From Candidatus Dormiibacterota bacterium (GTDB lineage Bacteria; Chloroflexota; Dormibacteria; Aeolococcales; Aeolococcaceae), in contig JAFALX010000262.1 of assembly GCA_019234035.1 (NCBI GenBank), positions 1 through 33,694 of the forward strand: a stretch of DNA of 33,694 nt, read 5' to 3'. Of this stretch, positions 17,085 through 24,830 are shown in pieces. Under the pieces are notes generated by a model, which worked only from the letters and a program-made list of their open reading frames with translations, had not been told where the DNA came from and did not search any database. Within the stretch, counting starts at the first letter, position 1; the number at the start of each line of letters is the position of its first letter. Position numbers and translations under genes: made by a program.

Positions 17085-17656
17085 GCCCCTCCTTCGGCGG
17101 TGCTACTAACGGCCCCGCTGCGCTGCAACGAGTCGACCAACATGTGGCGGGCGCGGTTGAGGCGCGACTTCACCGTGCCGACCGGAATGCGCAGTGCTTC
17201 TGCGATCTCGTCGTAGCTCAGGTCGTTGATGTCGCGAAGGACCACGGGAAGGCGGAAGTCGACGGGTAGTGTCAGCAGCGCTGCGCGAACCGAGGCGGCC
17301 TGCTGGCGCGCCAGCGCGGTGGCCTCAGGCCCGAGCGCGGGATCGGGAAGCTCGATGACGTTGCCGGCCGAATCCTCGAGCGGAGACGTGGGGCGGCGAG
17401 TCGACCGACGCTGCACATCGCGCGCGCAGTTGACCGCAACGCGGAAAAGCCATGCCCGCACCGTCTTTCCGCGGAGCTCAGGAAGATGTGTGTATGCCCG
17501 CAGGAATGTTTCCTGGACGACGTCAGCCGCGTCGTGCGGTGTTCCCAACATGCGGAGCGCCATCGTGTACAGATCGTCCTGGTTGCGTGTGACGATGGCG
17601 GCGAAGGCGTCGCGGTCGCCACGACGCGCCCGCTCGAGGAGCGCCTCGTCGTCCAT
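17081..17656 (-). CDS. ECF (group 4) RNA polymerase sigma factor
   Basis: ATG 17656 (MDDEALLERARRGDRDAFAAIV...). Region 2 reads DVVQETFLRAY; region 4 reads LSYDEIAEALRIPVGTVKSRLNRAR. The track extension to 17767 is Arg-rich and not sigma-like. Confidence 0.88.
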   Translation of the reverse strand: MDDEALLERARRGDRDAFAAIVTRNQDDLYTMALRMLGTPHDAADVVQETFLRAYTHLPELRGKTVRAWLFRVAVNCARDVQRRSTRRPTSPLEDSAGNVIELPDPALGPEATALARQQAASVRAALLTLPVDFRLPVVLRDINDLSYDEIAEALRIPVGTVKSRLNRARHMLVDSLQRSGAVSSTAEGGA

Positions 17657-17662
17657 CAATTG

Positions 17663-17692
17663 AGAGTACGCGGCAGGAGCGGTATTGGTTCC
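17663..17692 (-). promoter_or_regulatory. Putative promoter of the ECF sigma operon (GGAACC ... TACTCT-N6-ATG)
   Basis: The minus strand reads GGAACCAATACCGCTCCTGCCGCGTACTCTCAATTGATG. It has an ECF-like GGAAC -35 (17688-17692) and a CGTA/TACTCT -10 region (17663-17670). The hexamer ends 6 nt before the ATG. Confidence 0.4.
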
Positions 17693-17866
17693 AGCAAGGC
17701 ACGGCTTCGAAACCTGCCGAGCACGACTCTTGTGGTCCGCATTGCCGGTTGCGACACGCCCTCGCATTGTCCGTATTTTGAGTGCCTGAGCGAACGTTTG
17801 TTTGGTAACCTTGTCGAATGGACTTACCCGCTGTGCGGTCGAAGGGTAAGCTGGGTAAGCGCGCTC

Positions 17867-17951
17867 GCGGGAGTGCTGGAACTGGTCTACAGAATGGTCT
17901 CAAACACCATCGCCGAAAGGCTTGTGGGTTCGAATCCCACCTCCCGCACCA
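17867..17951 (+). tRNA. tRNA-Leu (anticodon CAA), class II with long variable arm, CCA encoded
   Basis: Hand-folded cloverleaf. Acceptor stem GCGGGAG/CTCCCGC and a 3-bp D stem CTG/CAG with a GG-containing loop. Anticodon stem ATGGT/ACCAT with loop CTCAAAC. Variable arm of 13 nt (GCC-GAAA-GGC). T arm GTGGG-TTCGAAT-CCCAC, discriminator A, then CCA. Confidence 0.9.
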
Positions 17952-17975
17952 GCCGCTGCACGCTCACCGTGCGTC

Positions 17976-18728
17976 GTGACGCGCCCGCAGTCGCAAGTCG
18001 ACGATGTGCTTCGTCTGCGTGAGCTCGGTCTAAGCATCAATCAGATCGCGGACACCCTGGGTATTCCTCGAGGAACGGTCATAAGTTGGTTACGGCCCAA
18101 AGCGCCGCGTATGCCCAGGCTCGTCTGCTTTCGCTGCGGGGATGCGCAACTCGAGCAGCCACAGGCGTACGTCTATCTACTTGGCATTTACCTCGGTGAC
18201 GGATACCTCGTGCCCTTCCCGAGGGACGTCTGGCACTTGCGCATCTTCCAGGATGAGCGGTATCCAGGGCTGATAGCGGAATGCGATCAGGCGATCCGAG
18301 CGGTATCCCATCGCCGCGTAGGACATGTCAAGAAGATTGGCTGTGTGCAAATCAGTTGTTACTGGAAGCATTGGATACACGTGTTTCCGCAGCAGGGCCC
18401 TGGACCCAAGTGGCTCCGGCCGATTCGCATGGCGGCGTGGCAACAAACGCTGATCGAGACATACCCAGCCGAGCTCTTGAAAGGCCTGATCCACTCGGAC
18501 GGCACGCGTTTCGTCAACCCAATAACTCGTCGCTTTGCAGGTCGCGTCGTGCGGTACAGCTACCCGCGCTACATGTTCTCGAATGCTTCTGACGACATTA
18601 GGTCGTTGTTCATAGAGTCGTGCGAACGTTTGGCTGTGCGATGGACCCAGACCAACGCGCGCAACGTGGCGGTCTCCCGTTCCGCCGACGTGGCCTTCCT
18701 GGACACGTTTATCGGGCCGAAGTTCTGA
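17976..18728 (+). CDS. Free-standing HTH + double-LAGLIDADG protein (homing-endonuclease-like)
   Basis: N-terminal HTH (LRELGLSINQIADTLGIPRGTVISWL). Two LAGLIDADG motifs, YLLGIYLGDGYL and LLKGLIHSDGT, both keep the acidic Asp. GC content and GC3 are visibly lower than in the neighbours. The track TTG start at 17922 lies inside the tRNA. GTG 17976 was chosen; GTG 18006 is an alternative. Confidence 0.7.
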   Translation: MTRPQSQVDDVLRLRELGLSINQIADTLGIPRGTVISWLRPKAPRMPRLVCFRCGDAQLEQPQAYVYLLGIYLGDGYLVPFPRDVWHLRIFQDERYPGLIAECDQAIRAVSHRRVGHVKKIGCVQISCYWKHWIHVFPQQGPGPKWLRPIRMAAWQQTLIETYPAELLKGLIHSDGTRFVNPITRRFAGRVVRYSYPRYMFSNASDDIRSLFIESCERLAVRWTQTNARNVAVSRSADVAFLDTFIGPKF

Positions 18729-18736
18729 GGCGGAGA

Positions 18737-19579
18737 TCAAGATGCCATCTGCATTGCGCTTGACGTCCCGGGGATCACGAGTCCCGGTATAGAGCGCGGC
18801 GCGACGGCGACCATCACCGCAAGCATCAGCAGGACCACCGTCGCAAAGGTCAGTACCGAGCGCCGCCACGGCAGTGTCTTCTCAACAGTGATGAGACCGG
18901 CGATCACCGCCATCCACACGAGACTCATCACGCCGAGCGCAAACAGCGCCGCCATGAGCGCCCAGCAGCACCCCACGCACCATGCAGCGTGACGCGCGCC
19001 CATCTCGAGCGCACCGCGCGTACCGTCCCGCCAGCTACCCAGCAGAAACCCGAGCGGGGTCCGGCACTTCGTCAGGCACGCGTTCTTGAGCGGTGTCACC
19101 TCGTACAGTGCGGCAGCGGCCAACGTCGCGGCAACAGCCCAACGTCCACCTGCACTCCAACTGAGCTGCGTCCCGAGAACGTTCTTCCCCAGCTCGAACA
19201 GTCCGTATGACGCCAGCCCAACGAGGCACCACACGACGAGGTACGACGCCGTGAACACCAGCGGTCGCACCCAGCTTCGCTGTCTGGTCATCCGCGCGTA
19301 CAGCGCGACCGTCGGAGCCACCGACGGGAACATCATCGCGGCCATCATCAAGATCCAGACGCCGACGAACCATCCCAGCGCGCCCAGTTCCGCGCCGGGA
19401 GCGGCGTCCATCCCGGCCATCTGATTCGCGGTCGCCCACCAGGCGACGCCGGCGAGCAGCAACAGCAGCACCACGAGCCCCAGGCGCGACCGAGCGGCCG
19501 CGAACGCCTCGCCCAGCCCCTCGCGACGTGTGGTGAGCTGGACGGTCGAAGTGGTCTCGCTGACCCCTACGCCGACCAC
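18737..19579 (-). CDS. DUF2182-family predicted metal-binding integral membrane protein
   Basis: 280 aa with a GTG start and multiple TM helices. Family-typical motifs are MMAAMMFPS, CLTKCRTP and HAAWCVGCCWALM. Overlaps the upstream DUF1326 gene by 13 nt. Confidence 0.75.
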   Translation of the reverse strand: MVGVGVSETTSTVQLTTRREGLGEAFAAARSRLGLVVLLLLLAGVAWWATANQMAGMDAAPGAELGALGWFVGVWILMMAAMMFPSVAPTVALYARMTRQRSWVRPLVFTASYLVVWCLVGLASYGLFELGKNVLGTQLSWSAGGRWAVAATLAAAALYEVTPLKNACLTKCRTPLGFLLGSWRDGTRGALEMGARHAAWCVGCCWALMAALFALGVMSLVWMAVIAGLITVEKTLPWRRSVLTFATVVLLMLAVMVAVAPRSIPGLVIPGTSSAMQMAS

Positions 19580-20166
19580 GCGAACGGCGTTGAAAAACCG
19601 GCCTTGCCTTCGTACGAGATGCCGAACGCGTTGATGTTCGAGCGCGTGTTGCGGGCGATCGTCAACTCACTGCCGGCGGGGTGGAACACGCCGACGAGAC
19701 GCGCGGGCTGACCGGTGTCGACACCGAACGGCACCACATCTTCGATCTCGAAATCGACCAAATCGCCGATCCGAATAGAGTGCTTGAGCCCTTCTTCGGA
19801 GACTTCGATCGGCAGCCGTTCCACGCCGAGGTTCTCCCCCACCAGCGGCACCAATGCCGCCATCGGGCCGCCGAGCGCGCCGGAGAACACGCCACCGAGC
19901 TTCCCCGCCTGCTCGTCCGTGGCAGCCCCGTCGATCACCACACCGAGCCGCCAGTTGCCGTCGGTCATGACCTTCGGCGTATCAGCGACTGCCGCCACCG
20001 TGAGCCCGCTGACGTCGGTCCCTTCCACGTCGCCCTGCTTGACGTTGAACACGAGAACCACACGGCATCGGTCAAGCGTCGCCCCCAGGCTCAGTGACGC
20101 GGTGCACGGGCAGACGACGTTGCACGAGCACGTTTCGAAATACGACCCGCTGATCTTCCAGGCCAT
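19567..20166 (-). CDS. DUF1326-family protein
   Basis: 199 aa. N-terminal Cys cluster YFETCSCNVVCPC is typical of DUF1326. Strong SD (GGAGGTGG) 5 nt upstream of the ATG. Classic DUF1326/DUF2182 gene pair. Confidence 0.75.
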   Translation of the reverse strand: MAWKISGSYFETCSCNVVCPCTASLSLGATLDRCRVVLVFNVKQGDVEGTDVSGLTVAAVADTPKVMTDGNWRLGVVIDGAATDEQAGKLGGVFSGALGGPMAALVPLVGENLGVERLPIEVSEEGLKHSIRIGDLVDFEIEDVVPFGVDTGQPARLVGVFHPAGSELTIARNTRSNINAFGISYEGKAGFSTPFAWSA

Positions 20167-20229
20167 TCACACCACCTCCACTCGTACGCCCGAAACGGGG
20201 CATCAACACAGCCCGAGAATGCAGGAAGT

Positions 20230-20784
20230 CTAGCGACCCGTCAGGGCGAGTAGCTTGGCCTGAGGCGAGTCGTCGTGCGGCGCGCAGGGAGGTCCGAATG
20301 CACCGCCGGAGCGCCAGAGCTCCGCCACTTTCAGCATGTACGCGTAGGTGTAGTCGACAAGGTCGGGATCGAGCGCCTCGCCGGCACCGATCGCGCGCGC
20401 CAGGTCCCATGTGTGGATGACGGTGTCGGCCGCCATCTGCTGGGCGTACTCCATGGCCGGCGTGTCACCGAACGACAGCTGCACGGACTTCTCGGCAGCA
20501 CCAGGAGCGTCGAACGCCGCGCACGCCGACGCCCGGCCGGCGGCGACGGTCTGCACCGGGTCGTCGCCAAGCACGTCACCGTCGAGGCTGCTCCCGACGT
20601 CGGCGATCGTCTTGCCGGACATGAGCTCGGCGACCCACAGCCACTCGCCGCCGACGTGGTTCACGAGCGCGCGAACGTCCCATTCGGCGCACGGAGTCGA
20701 CGCCGTCCATTGATTGGCGCCGATCAGACGGGCGCGCTCGATGAAGGCGTCGGTTGCGCGCTGAAAAGCCTCAGCGTTGTTCAT
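20230..20784 (-). CDS. TIGR03086-like / DinB-fold (MDMPI N-terminal domain) protein
   Basis: 184 aa. W...TPC.EWDVR.L..H and the overall pattern match my recollection of the actinobacterial TIGR03086 family (mycothiol maleylpyruvate isomerase N-terminal-like fold). TATTCT lies 6 nt upstream of the ATG. Confidence 0.7.
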   Translation of the reverse strand: MNNAEAFQRATDAFIERARLIGANQWTASTPCAEWDVRALVNHVGGEWLWVAELMSGKTIADVGSSLDGDVLGDDPVQTVAAGRASACAAFDAPGAAEKSVQLSFGDTPAMEYAQQMAADTVIHTWDLARAIGAGEALDPDLVDYTYAYMLKVAELWRSGGAFGPPCAPHDDSPQAKLLALTGR

Positions 20785-20790
20785 GGCCGG

Positions 20791-20796
20791 AGAATA
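20791..20796 (-). promoter_or_regulatory. Putative -10 (TATTCT) of the TIGR03086-like gene, 6 nt upstream of the ATG
   Basis: The minus strand reads GGG-TATTCT-CCGGCC-ATG. It lies in the 20-nt divergent gap shared with the FEN gene. Confidence 0.4.
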
Positions 20797-20804
20797 CCCG
20801 GACC

Positions 20805-21695
20805 ATGGCCCGCACGTCCTGCGACTGGTTGCTGGTCGACGGCTCGAGCCTCATCTTCCGCGCGTTCTACGGCGTGCCGGGGAGCGTCCGCTCGCCGTCG
20901 GGCAGACAGATCAACGCGGTGCGCGGCTTTCTCGACACCCTCGCGCGCCTCGTCAGCACCCGCAACCCACGCCACGTCGCCGTCGCCGCCGACGACGACT
21001 GGCGCCCCGACTGGCGGGTCGCGCTGATCCCGCAGTACAAGGCGCAGCGCACCGCCGAACCGGTTCCCCCACTCCTCGAGCCGCAGTTCCCGGTCATCTG
21101 GGATCACCTCGACGCGATCGGCGTCGACCACGCCGGTTTGCCCGACTACGAGGCGGAGGATGTCGTCGCCACCTGGGCCGCCGAGGCGACGGGCACCGTC
21201 GAGATCGCCAGCGGCGACCGAGACCTCTTCGCGCTCGTCGAGGAGGGTCGCGTCAGCGTCCTCTACCCGGAGCGCAGCGGCCTCGCGCTGGTCGACGAGA
21301 CCGAGGTGACGCGGCGGTATGGCGTTCCCGGCCGGCGATACCCCGACTTCGCGGTGCTTCGTGGCGATCCCTCCGACGGCCTCCCGGGCCTGCGCGGCGT
21401 GGGGCCGGCCGCTGCCGCGAGCCTGCTCCGCGCCCACGGCGACATCGAGGGCGTCATCGCCAACGCCCGCCTCAGCGACGAGCAGCGCGACTACCTCCGT
21501 CGCGCGGTGCAGATCGTGATGCCGCAGCGCTCGCTGCCGATCGCGCTCCCGCACGGGTCACGCCGCGGCTATCCGGCGGAACCCGAGCGACTCACCGAGC
21601 TCATGCGCGAGTACGGCACCGACAGCCCTGTGGCGCATCTCGTGCAGGCGCTCAACGACGTGGTGGCGCAGCCGGCTCAGTCGTCGCCGGCGTAG
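20805..21695 (+). CDS. Stand-alone 5'-3' exonuclease / flap endonuclease (FenA/ExoIX-like)
   Basis: ATG 20805. [15 protein letters not shown], the acidic clusters (AADDDW, YEAEDV, SGDRDL) and H3TH ([18 protein letters not shown]) mirror the polA N-terminal domain. Confidence 0.85.
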   Translation: MARTSCDWLLVDGSSLIFRAFYGVPGSVRSPSGRQINAVRGFLDTLARLVSTRNPRHVAVAADDDWRPDWRVALIPQYKAQRTAEPVPPLLEPQFPVIWDHLDAIGVDHAGLPDYEAEDVVATWAAEATGTVEIASGDRDLFALVEEGRVSVLYPERSGLALVDETEVTRRYGVPGRRYPDFAVLRGDPSDGLPGLRGVGPAAAASLLRAHGDIEGVIANARLSDEQRDYLRRAVQIVMPQRSLPIALPHGSRRGYPAEPERLTELMREYGTDSPVAHLVQALNDVVAQPAQSSPA

Positions 21696-23167
21696 GCCGC
21701 CGCCTGCGCGGTCTTCCCCGGCTTGGCGGTGAGGGTTGTCGCCGGGTGCACGGGCAGCGTCACCGGCGCCAGCGGCGCCTGGTTGAAGTCGAAGTCCGAC
21801 ATCAGGTCGCCGAGCACCGACACGTTCTCGCGCACATCCGGACGCGGGTCCGGCCGCCCATCGGTGTGCGGGTCAAGTCGCTGCCCGTTGAGGAACAGGT
21901 CCTCGATGAACTTGTCGTACGCATCGAAGCTCAGTGTCTGGTGATCGATGTAACCGCGGCGGGCGTAGGGGCTGATGACGATGCCCGGGACACGCAGGCC
22001 GTACCCGTTCTGATCGACGCTGGGCGGCGCGACGTGGTCGTAGAAGCCGCCCCAGTCGTCCCAGCCGATCAGGATGGCCGTCGAGTTCCAGTCCGGACTG
22101 GCCATAACAGCGTTGACCAGGCTCGTCACGTACGACTGTCCGGCGCTCACGGCTCCGGGCGGGTGCTCGCTCACCGGTCCCGACGGCACGACCCAGCTCA
22201 CGGCCGGCAGTGTCCCCGCCTTCGCTGCCGCATAGAACCGGTCCACCGACTGGATGTTGCCGAGCTGGCCGTCGTTCTTCACCGTGTCGAAGTACGGCAG
22301 CGGGTTCCAGATGCCCGGCGTCGCCGCGTTCTGCTTCACGGCGGCACAGCTCAGCGCCGAGTCGTCGGCGCAGTCCGGCTCGGTGCCCGACACGACGTAG
22401 TACCCCCAGCTCACACCGTGCTGGTGCAGGAGATAGGTCAGATCCGTCCATGCATAGATGGGATCCGGGCCGGCCTTCGCCCCCGCGCCGGGTGGCGAGC
22501 CCGGGCTCTGCAGCGCGTTCACACAGCTCGACGGGTTGTCGTGCTGCGTGCACTTCGCGGACCACTCCGAGACTATGAACAGATGCTCCGGCAGGCTCCA
22601 CGACGCGTTGGGCTCGAACATGTGGTCCTGCAGCACAAAGTCCTTCGCGTACGTCCAGTAGTTGGGGATGTCGCTCTGCGTGTGATAGCCCATCACATCC
22701 GGAGTGGCGGAGTTCGCGCACGCCGGGTTGTTCACGTCTGCGCACCCCTTCTTGGCCTTCTCCACCTCTGACACGAAGCCGTCCATCTTCCCGCCGTTGA
22801 TGTCCGCGGTCGCATTGGTCTGGCCGTGCGGCCCGCCACCGTTGACGTCGGCGTGATCGGCGAACGGCTTGACGCACGCTCCCGTCGCTGGATCGGGGAT
22901 GCAGACCGTCGGGACGCCGTTCTGCATGGGGATGCCATCCGCTCCGGGGTAGGTGCCGAAGTACGTGTCGAACGAGCGGTTCTCCTGCATGACGACGATG
23001 ACGTGCTTGATCTTCTGCGCGGGAAGGCCGCCCGATCCGGCAGCGTTCCCGGAGGTGCCGCCCGCCGGCGGCGCCGTGCCGGCAGCGGAACCGCAGGCCG
23101 ACACCGCGATCATGGCGACGGCGACACCGGCGACGACAGCGCCGCGGTGCCGCCGATTCATCTGCAT
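21677..23167 (-). CDS. Phospholipase C / acid phosphatase family phosphoesterase, lipoprotein
   Basis: 496 aa. Arg-rich n-region (NRRHRG, possibly Tat) plus lipobox [27 protein letters not shown] is the signature of the PlcA-D/AcpA phosphoesterase family. Confidence 0.85.
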   Translation of the reverse strand: MQMNRRHRGAVVAGVAVAMIAVSACGSAAGTAPPAGGTSGNAAGSGGLPAQKIKHVIVVMQENRSFDTYFGTYPGADGIPMQNGVPTVCIPDPATGACVKPFADHADVNGGGPHGQTNATADINGGKMDGFVSEVEKAKKGCADVNNPACANSATPDVMGYHTQSDIPNYWTYAKDFVLQDHMFEPNASWSLPEHLFIVSEWSAKCTQHDNPSSCVNALQSPGSPPGAGAKAGPDPIYAWTDLTYLLHQHGVSWGYYVVSGTEPDCADDSALSCAAVKQNAATPGIWNPLPYFDTVKNDGQLGNIQSVDRFYAAAKAGTLPAVSWVVPSGPVSEHPPGAVSAGQSYVTSLVNAVMASPDWNSTAILIGWDDWGGFYDHVAPPSVDQNGYGLRVPGIVISPYARRGYIDHQTLSFDAYDKFIEDLFLNGQRLDPHTDGRPDPRPDVRENVSVLGDLMSDFDFNQAPLAPVTLPVHPATTLTAKPGKTAQAAAYAGDD

Positions 23168-23231
23168 CGACTTCGACGCTACGACACGTGCCGCGGCGCG
23201 CGCCTGAGAAAACGACGAGCGTTGATCCGCA

Positions 23232-23245
23232 CGAACTCGCGTTCA
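23232..23245. promoter_or_regulatory. Second GAAC-N4-GTTC (LexA-type) box in a divergent intergenic region
   Basis: CGAACTCGCGTTCA lies 65 nt upstream of the PLC-like gene (minus strand) and 43 nt upstream of the methyltransferase-lgt-yggT operon (plus strand). Confidence 0.35.
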
Positions 23246-23287
23246 CCGGGGGCGCAGGCAGGAAGTCCATCGCGGCGACGAAGGGGA

Positions 23288-23935
23288 ATGACATACGAGA
23301 ATCGCCATGTGGCGCAGCACTACTTCACGACCGATCCCGAGGTGGCCTCACGTCCCGCGCCGGTCCGGGTTTCACTCCGCGGTCTCGAGCTGCAGCTGCA
23401 GAGCGATCGTGGGGTGTTCGCCTACGCGCACCTGGACCGCGGCACCGAGATCCTCTTGCGCACCGTGCCGGATCCACCCGATGGTGAGCTGCTCGACCTC
23501 GGCTGCGGCTACGGTCCGATCGCGATCACGATCGCGCTCCTGGCACCGTCGGCGCGTGTCTGGGCGCTCGACGTCAACCGGCGTGCGCTGGAGCTCACGG
23601 CAAGAAACGCCACGGCCGTAGGTGCCGCAAACGTGACCGCGGTCCCGCCCGACGCGGTCCCGGACGACGTGGCGTTCTCCGCCATCTACTCCAATCCGCC
23701 CGTCCGGCTCGGAAAGGCGCAGCTGCAGGCCCTGCTCCGGTACTGGCTATCACGACTACAGCCGGAGGGGGTCGCGTATCTGGTCGTGCAGCGACATCTC
23801 GGCGCGGACACCCTTGCTGCCTGGCTCGCTGCGGAGGGATTCGGCGTGCTCCGTGTCCGGTCCCGGCAGGGTTATCGCGTGCTCGAGGTGCGGCATGGCG
23901 CCACCAGCGATCATCATGGCGACCGTGATTCCTGA
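23288..23935 (+). CDS. Class I SAM-dependent methyltransferase (RsmC/RlmG-like small MTS domain)
   Basis: ATG 23288 preceded by GAAGGGGA. Motif I LDLGCGYGPIAI and motif IV SNPPV (N-methyltransferase type). The remainder of the 369-aa track ORF upstream is the antisense shadow of the PLC gene. Confidence 0.8.
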   Translation: MTYENRHVAQHYFTTDPEVASRPAPVRVSLRGLELQLQSDRGVFAYAHLDRGTEILLRTVPDPPDGELLDLGCGYGPIAITIALLAPSARVWALDVNRRALELTARNATAVGAANVTAVPPDAVPDDVAFSAIYSNPPVRLGKAQLQALLRYWLSRLQPEGVAYLVVQRHLGADTLAAWLAAEGFGVLRVRSRQGYRVLEVRHGATSDHHGDRDS

Positions 23936-24830
23936 AGCGTCGGCCCTCACCGGCGTGATCACCATCAATATCAACCCGGTCTTCCAGCTGGGGCCGTTCA
24001 CCATTCACTGGTACGGCCTTTTCTACGCGATCGCCTTCATCGTCGCGTACCGCTACGGAGCCCTTCCGCTCGCGCTGCGCAAGGGTGTGTCGCGTGCGAT
24101 GGCGGAACGCATCGCCGTGTGGACCATCGTCTTCGGACTGCTCGGCGCGCGGCTGTACTACGACGTGCAGCAACCCGACTTCGTCAGCAATTACCTGCTG
24201 AAGCCCATCAACCTCATCGCGTTCTGGAACGGGGGCATGGCGTTCTTCGGCGCGATCATCGCCGGCTTCATCACGCTCGCCGTGTGTGCGTGGCGCTACC
24301 GAATCAACCCCTGGATGCTGCTCGACGGAGGCGTGCTCTTCGCGGTCGTCGGCCAGCCGATCGGACGCATCGGCAACATCATCAACGGCGACATCCTCGG
24401 CAGTCCGAGCAACCTGCCGTGGGCAACGGCGTACACCTTTGAAACCCCGCCGGGCAGCGGCCACTGCGCGATCCTGCAGCCCGGCTTCTACTGTGGCATC
24501 GCCTACCAGCCCGCGGCCGCCTACGAGGCGCTGGGTACGATCGTCATCGGCGTGATCCTGTTCCTGCTCATGCGGCGCGGCGTCCGAGATGGCGTCGCCG
24601 CCATCACCTACGTCGGCCTCTACGCCGTCTCGCAGCTCATCCTCTTCCAGTTCCGCAAGAGCGAGCCGCCCGGACCGCTGGGACTCCGTGAGGCGCAGTG
24701 GACCGCGATCGTCATGCTCGTCGTTGCCGTTCCGCTCCTGATCTTTCTCTGGCGGCGGACTGCCTCTCGCCTGGAGGCGATGCACAGCGGGGCCCACGTC
24801 CCGCCGGCACAACCGGCGGCCGCGCAATGA
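23916..24830 (+). CDS. lgt: Prolipoprotein diacylglyceryl transferase
   Basis: FQLGPFTIHWYGLFYAIAF, GARLYY, WNGGMAFFGA and GRIGNIINGD are Lgt signatures. The start is ATG 23916 or ATG 23895. Either overlaps the methyltransferase 3-prime end. Confidence 0.9.
   Translation: MATVIPEASALTGVITININPVFQLGPFTIHWYGLFYAIAFIVAYRYGALPLALRKGVSRAMAERIAVWTIVFGLLGARLYYDVQQPDFVSNYLLKPINLIAFWNGGMAFFGAIIAGFITLAVCAWRYRINPWMLLDGGVLFAVVGQPIGRIGNIINGDILGSPSNLPWATAYTFETPPGSGHCAILQPGFYCGIAYQPAAAYEALGTIVIGVILFLLMRRGVRDGVAAITYVGLYAVSQLILFQFRKSEPPGPLGLREAQWTAIVMLVVAVPLLIFLWRRTASRLEAMHSGAHVPPAQPAAAQ

Noticed and set aside
17791-17802. GAACGTTTGTTT, a GAAC-N4-GTTT near-match upstream of tRNA-Leu.
   Set aside because: It has one mismatch in a core half-site and sits in an AT-richer stretch where such matches are more likely by chance. 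A tRNA gene offers no functional rationale.
17700-17866. Short repeats upstream of the tRNA: CGCATTG twice, 19 nt apart, and GGGTAAGC twice in tandem. They were considered as operator or promoter elements.
   Set aside because: At 7-8 nt they are too short to separate from chance, and I could not define a convincing -35/-10 pair around them.
17867-17951. A group I intron or an integrase-type att site at the tRNA-Leu gene.
   Set aside because: The tRNA folds as a continuous 85-nt cloverleaf with an intact anticodon loop. No integrase or recombinase ORF is present, and I found no downstream direct repeat of the tRNA 3-prime end.
21546-21554. A 9-nt match (CTCCCGCAC) to the tRNA-Leu 3-prime acceptor region, considered as a possible attR marking an island boundary.
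   Set aside because: It is too short to be meaningful in GC-rich DNA and lies inside the well-conserved FEN coding sequence. The flanks do not extend the match.
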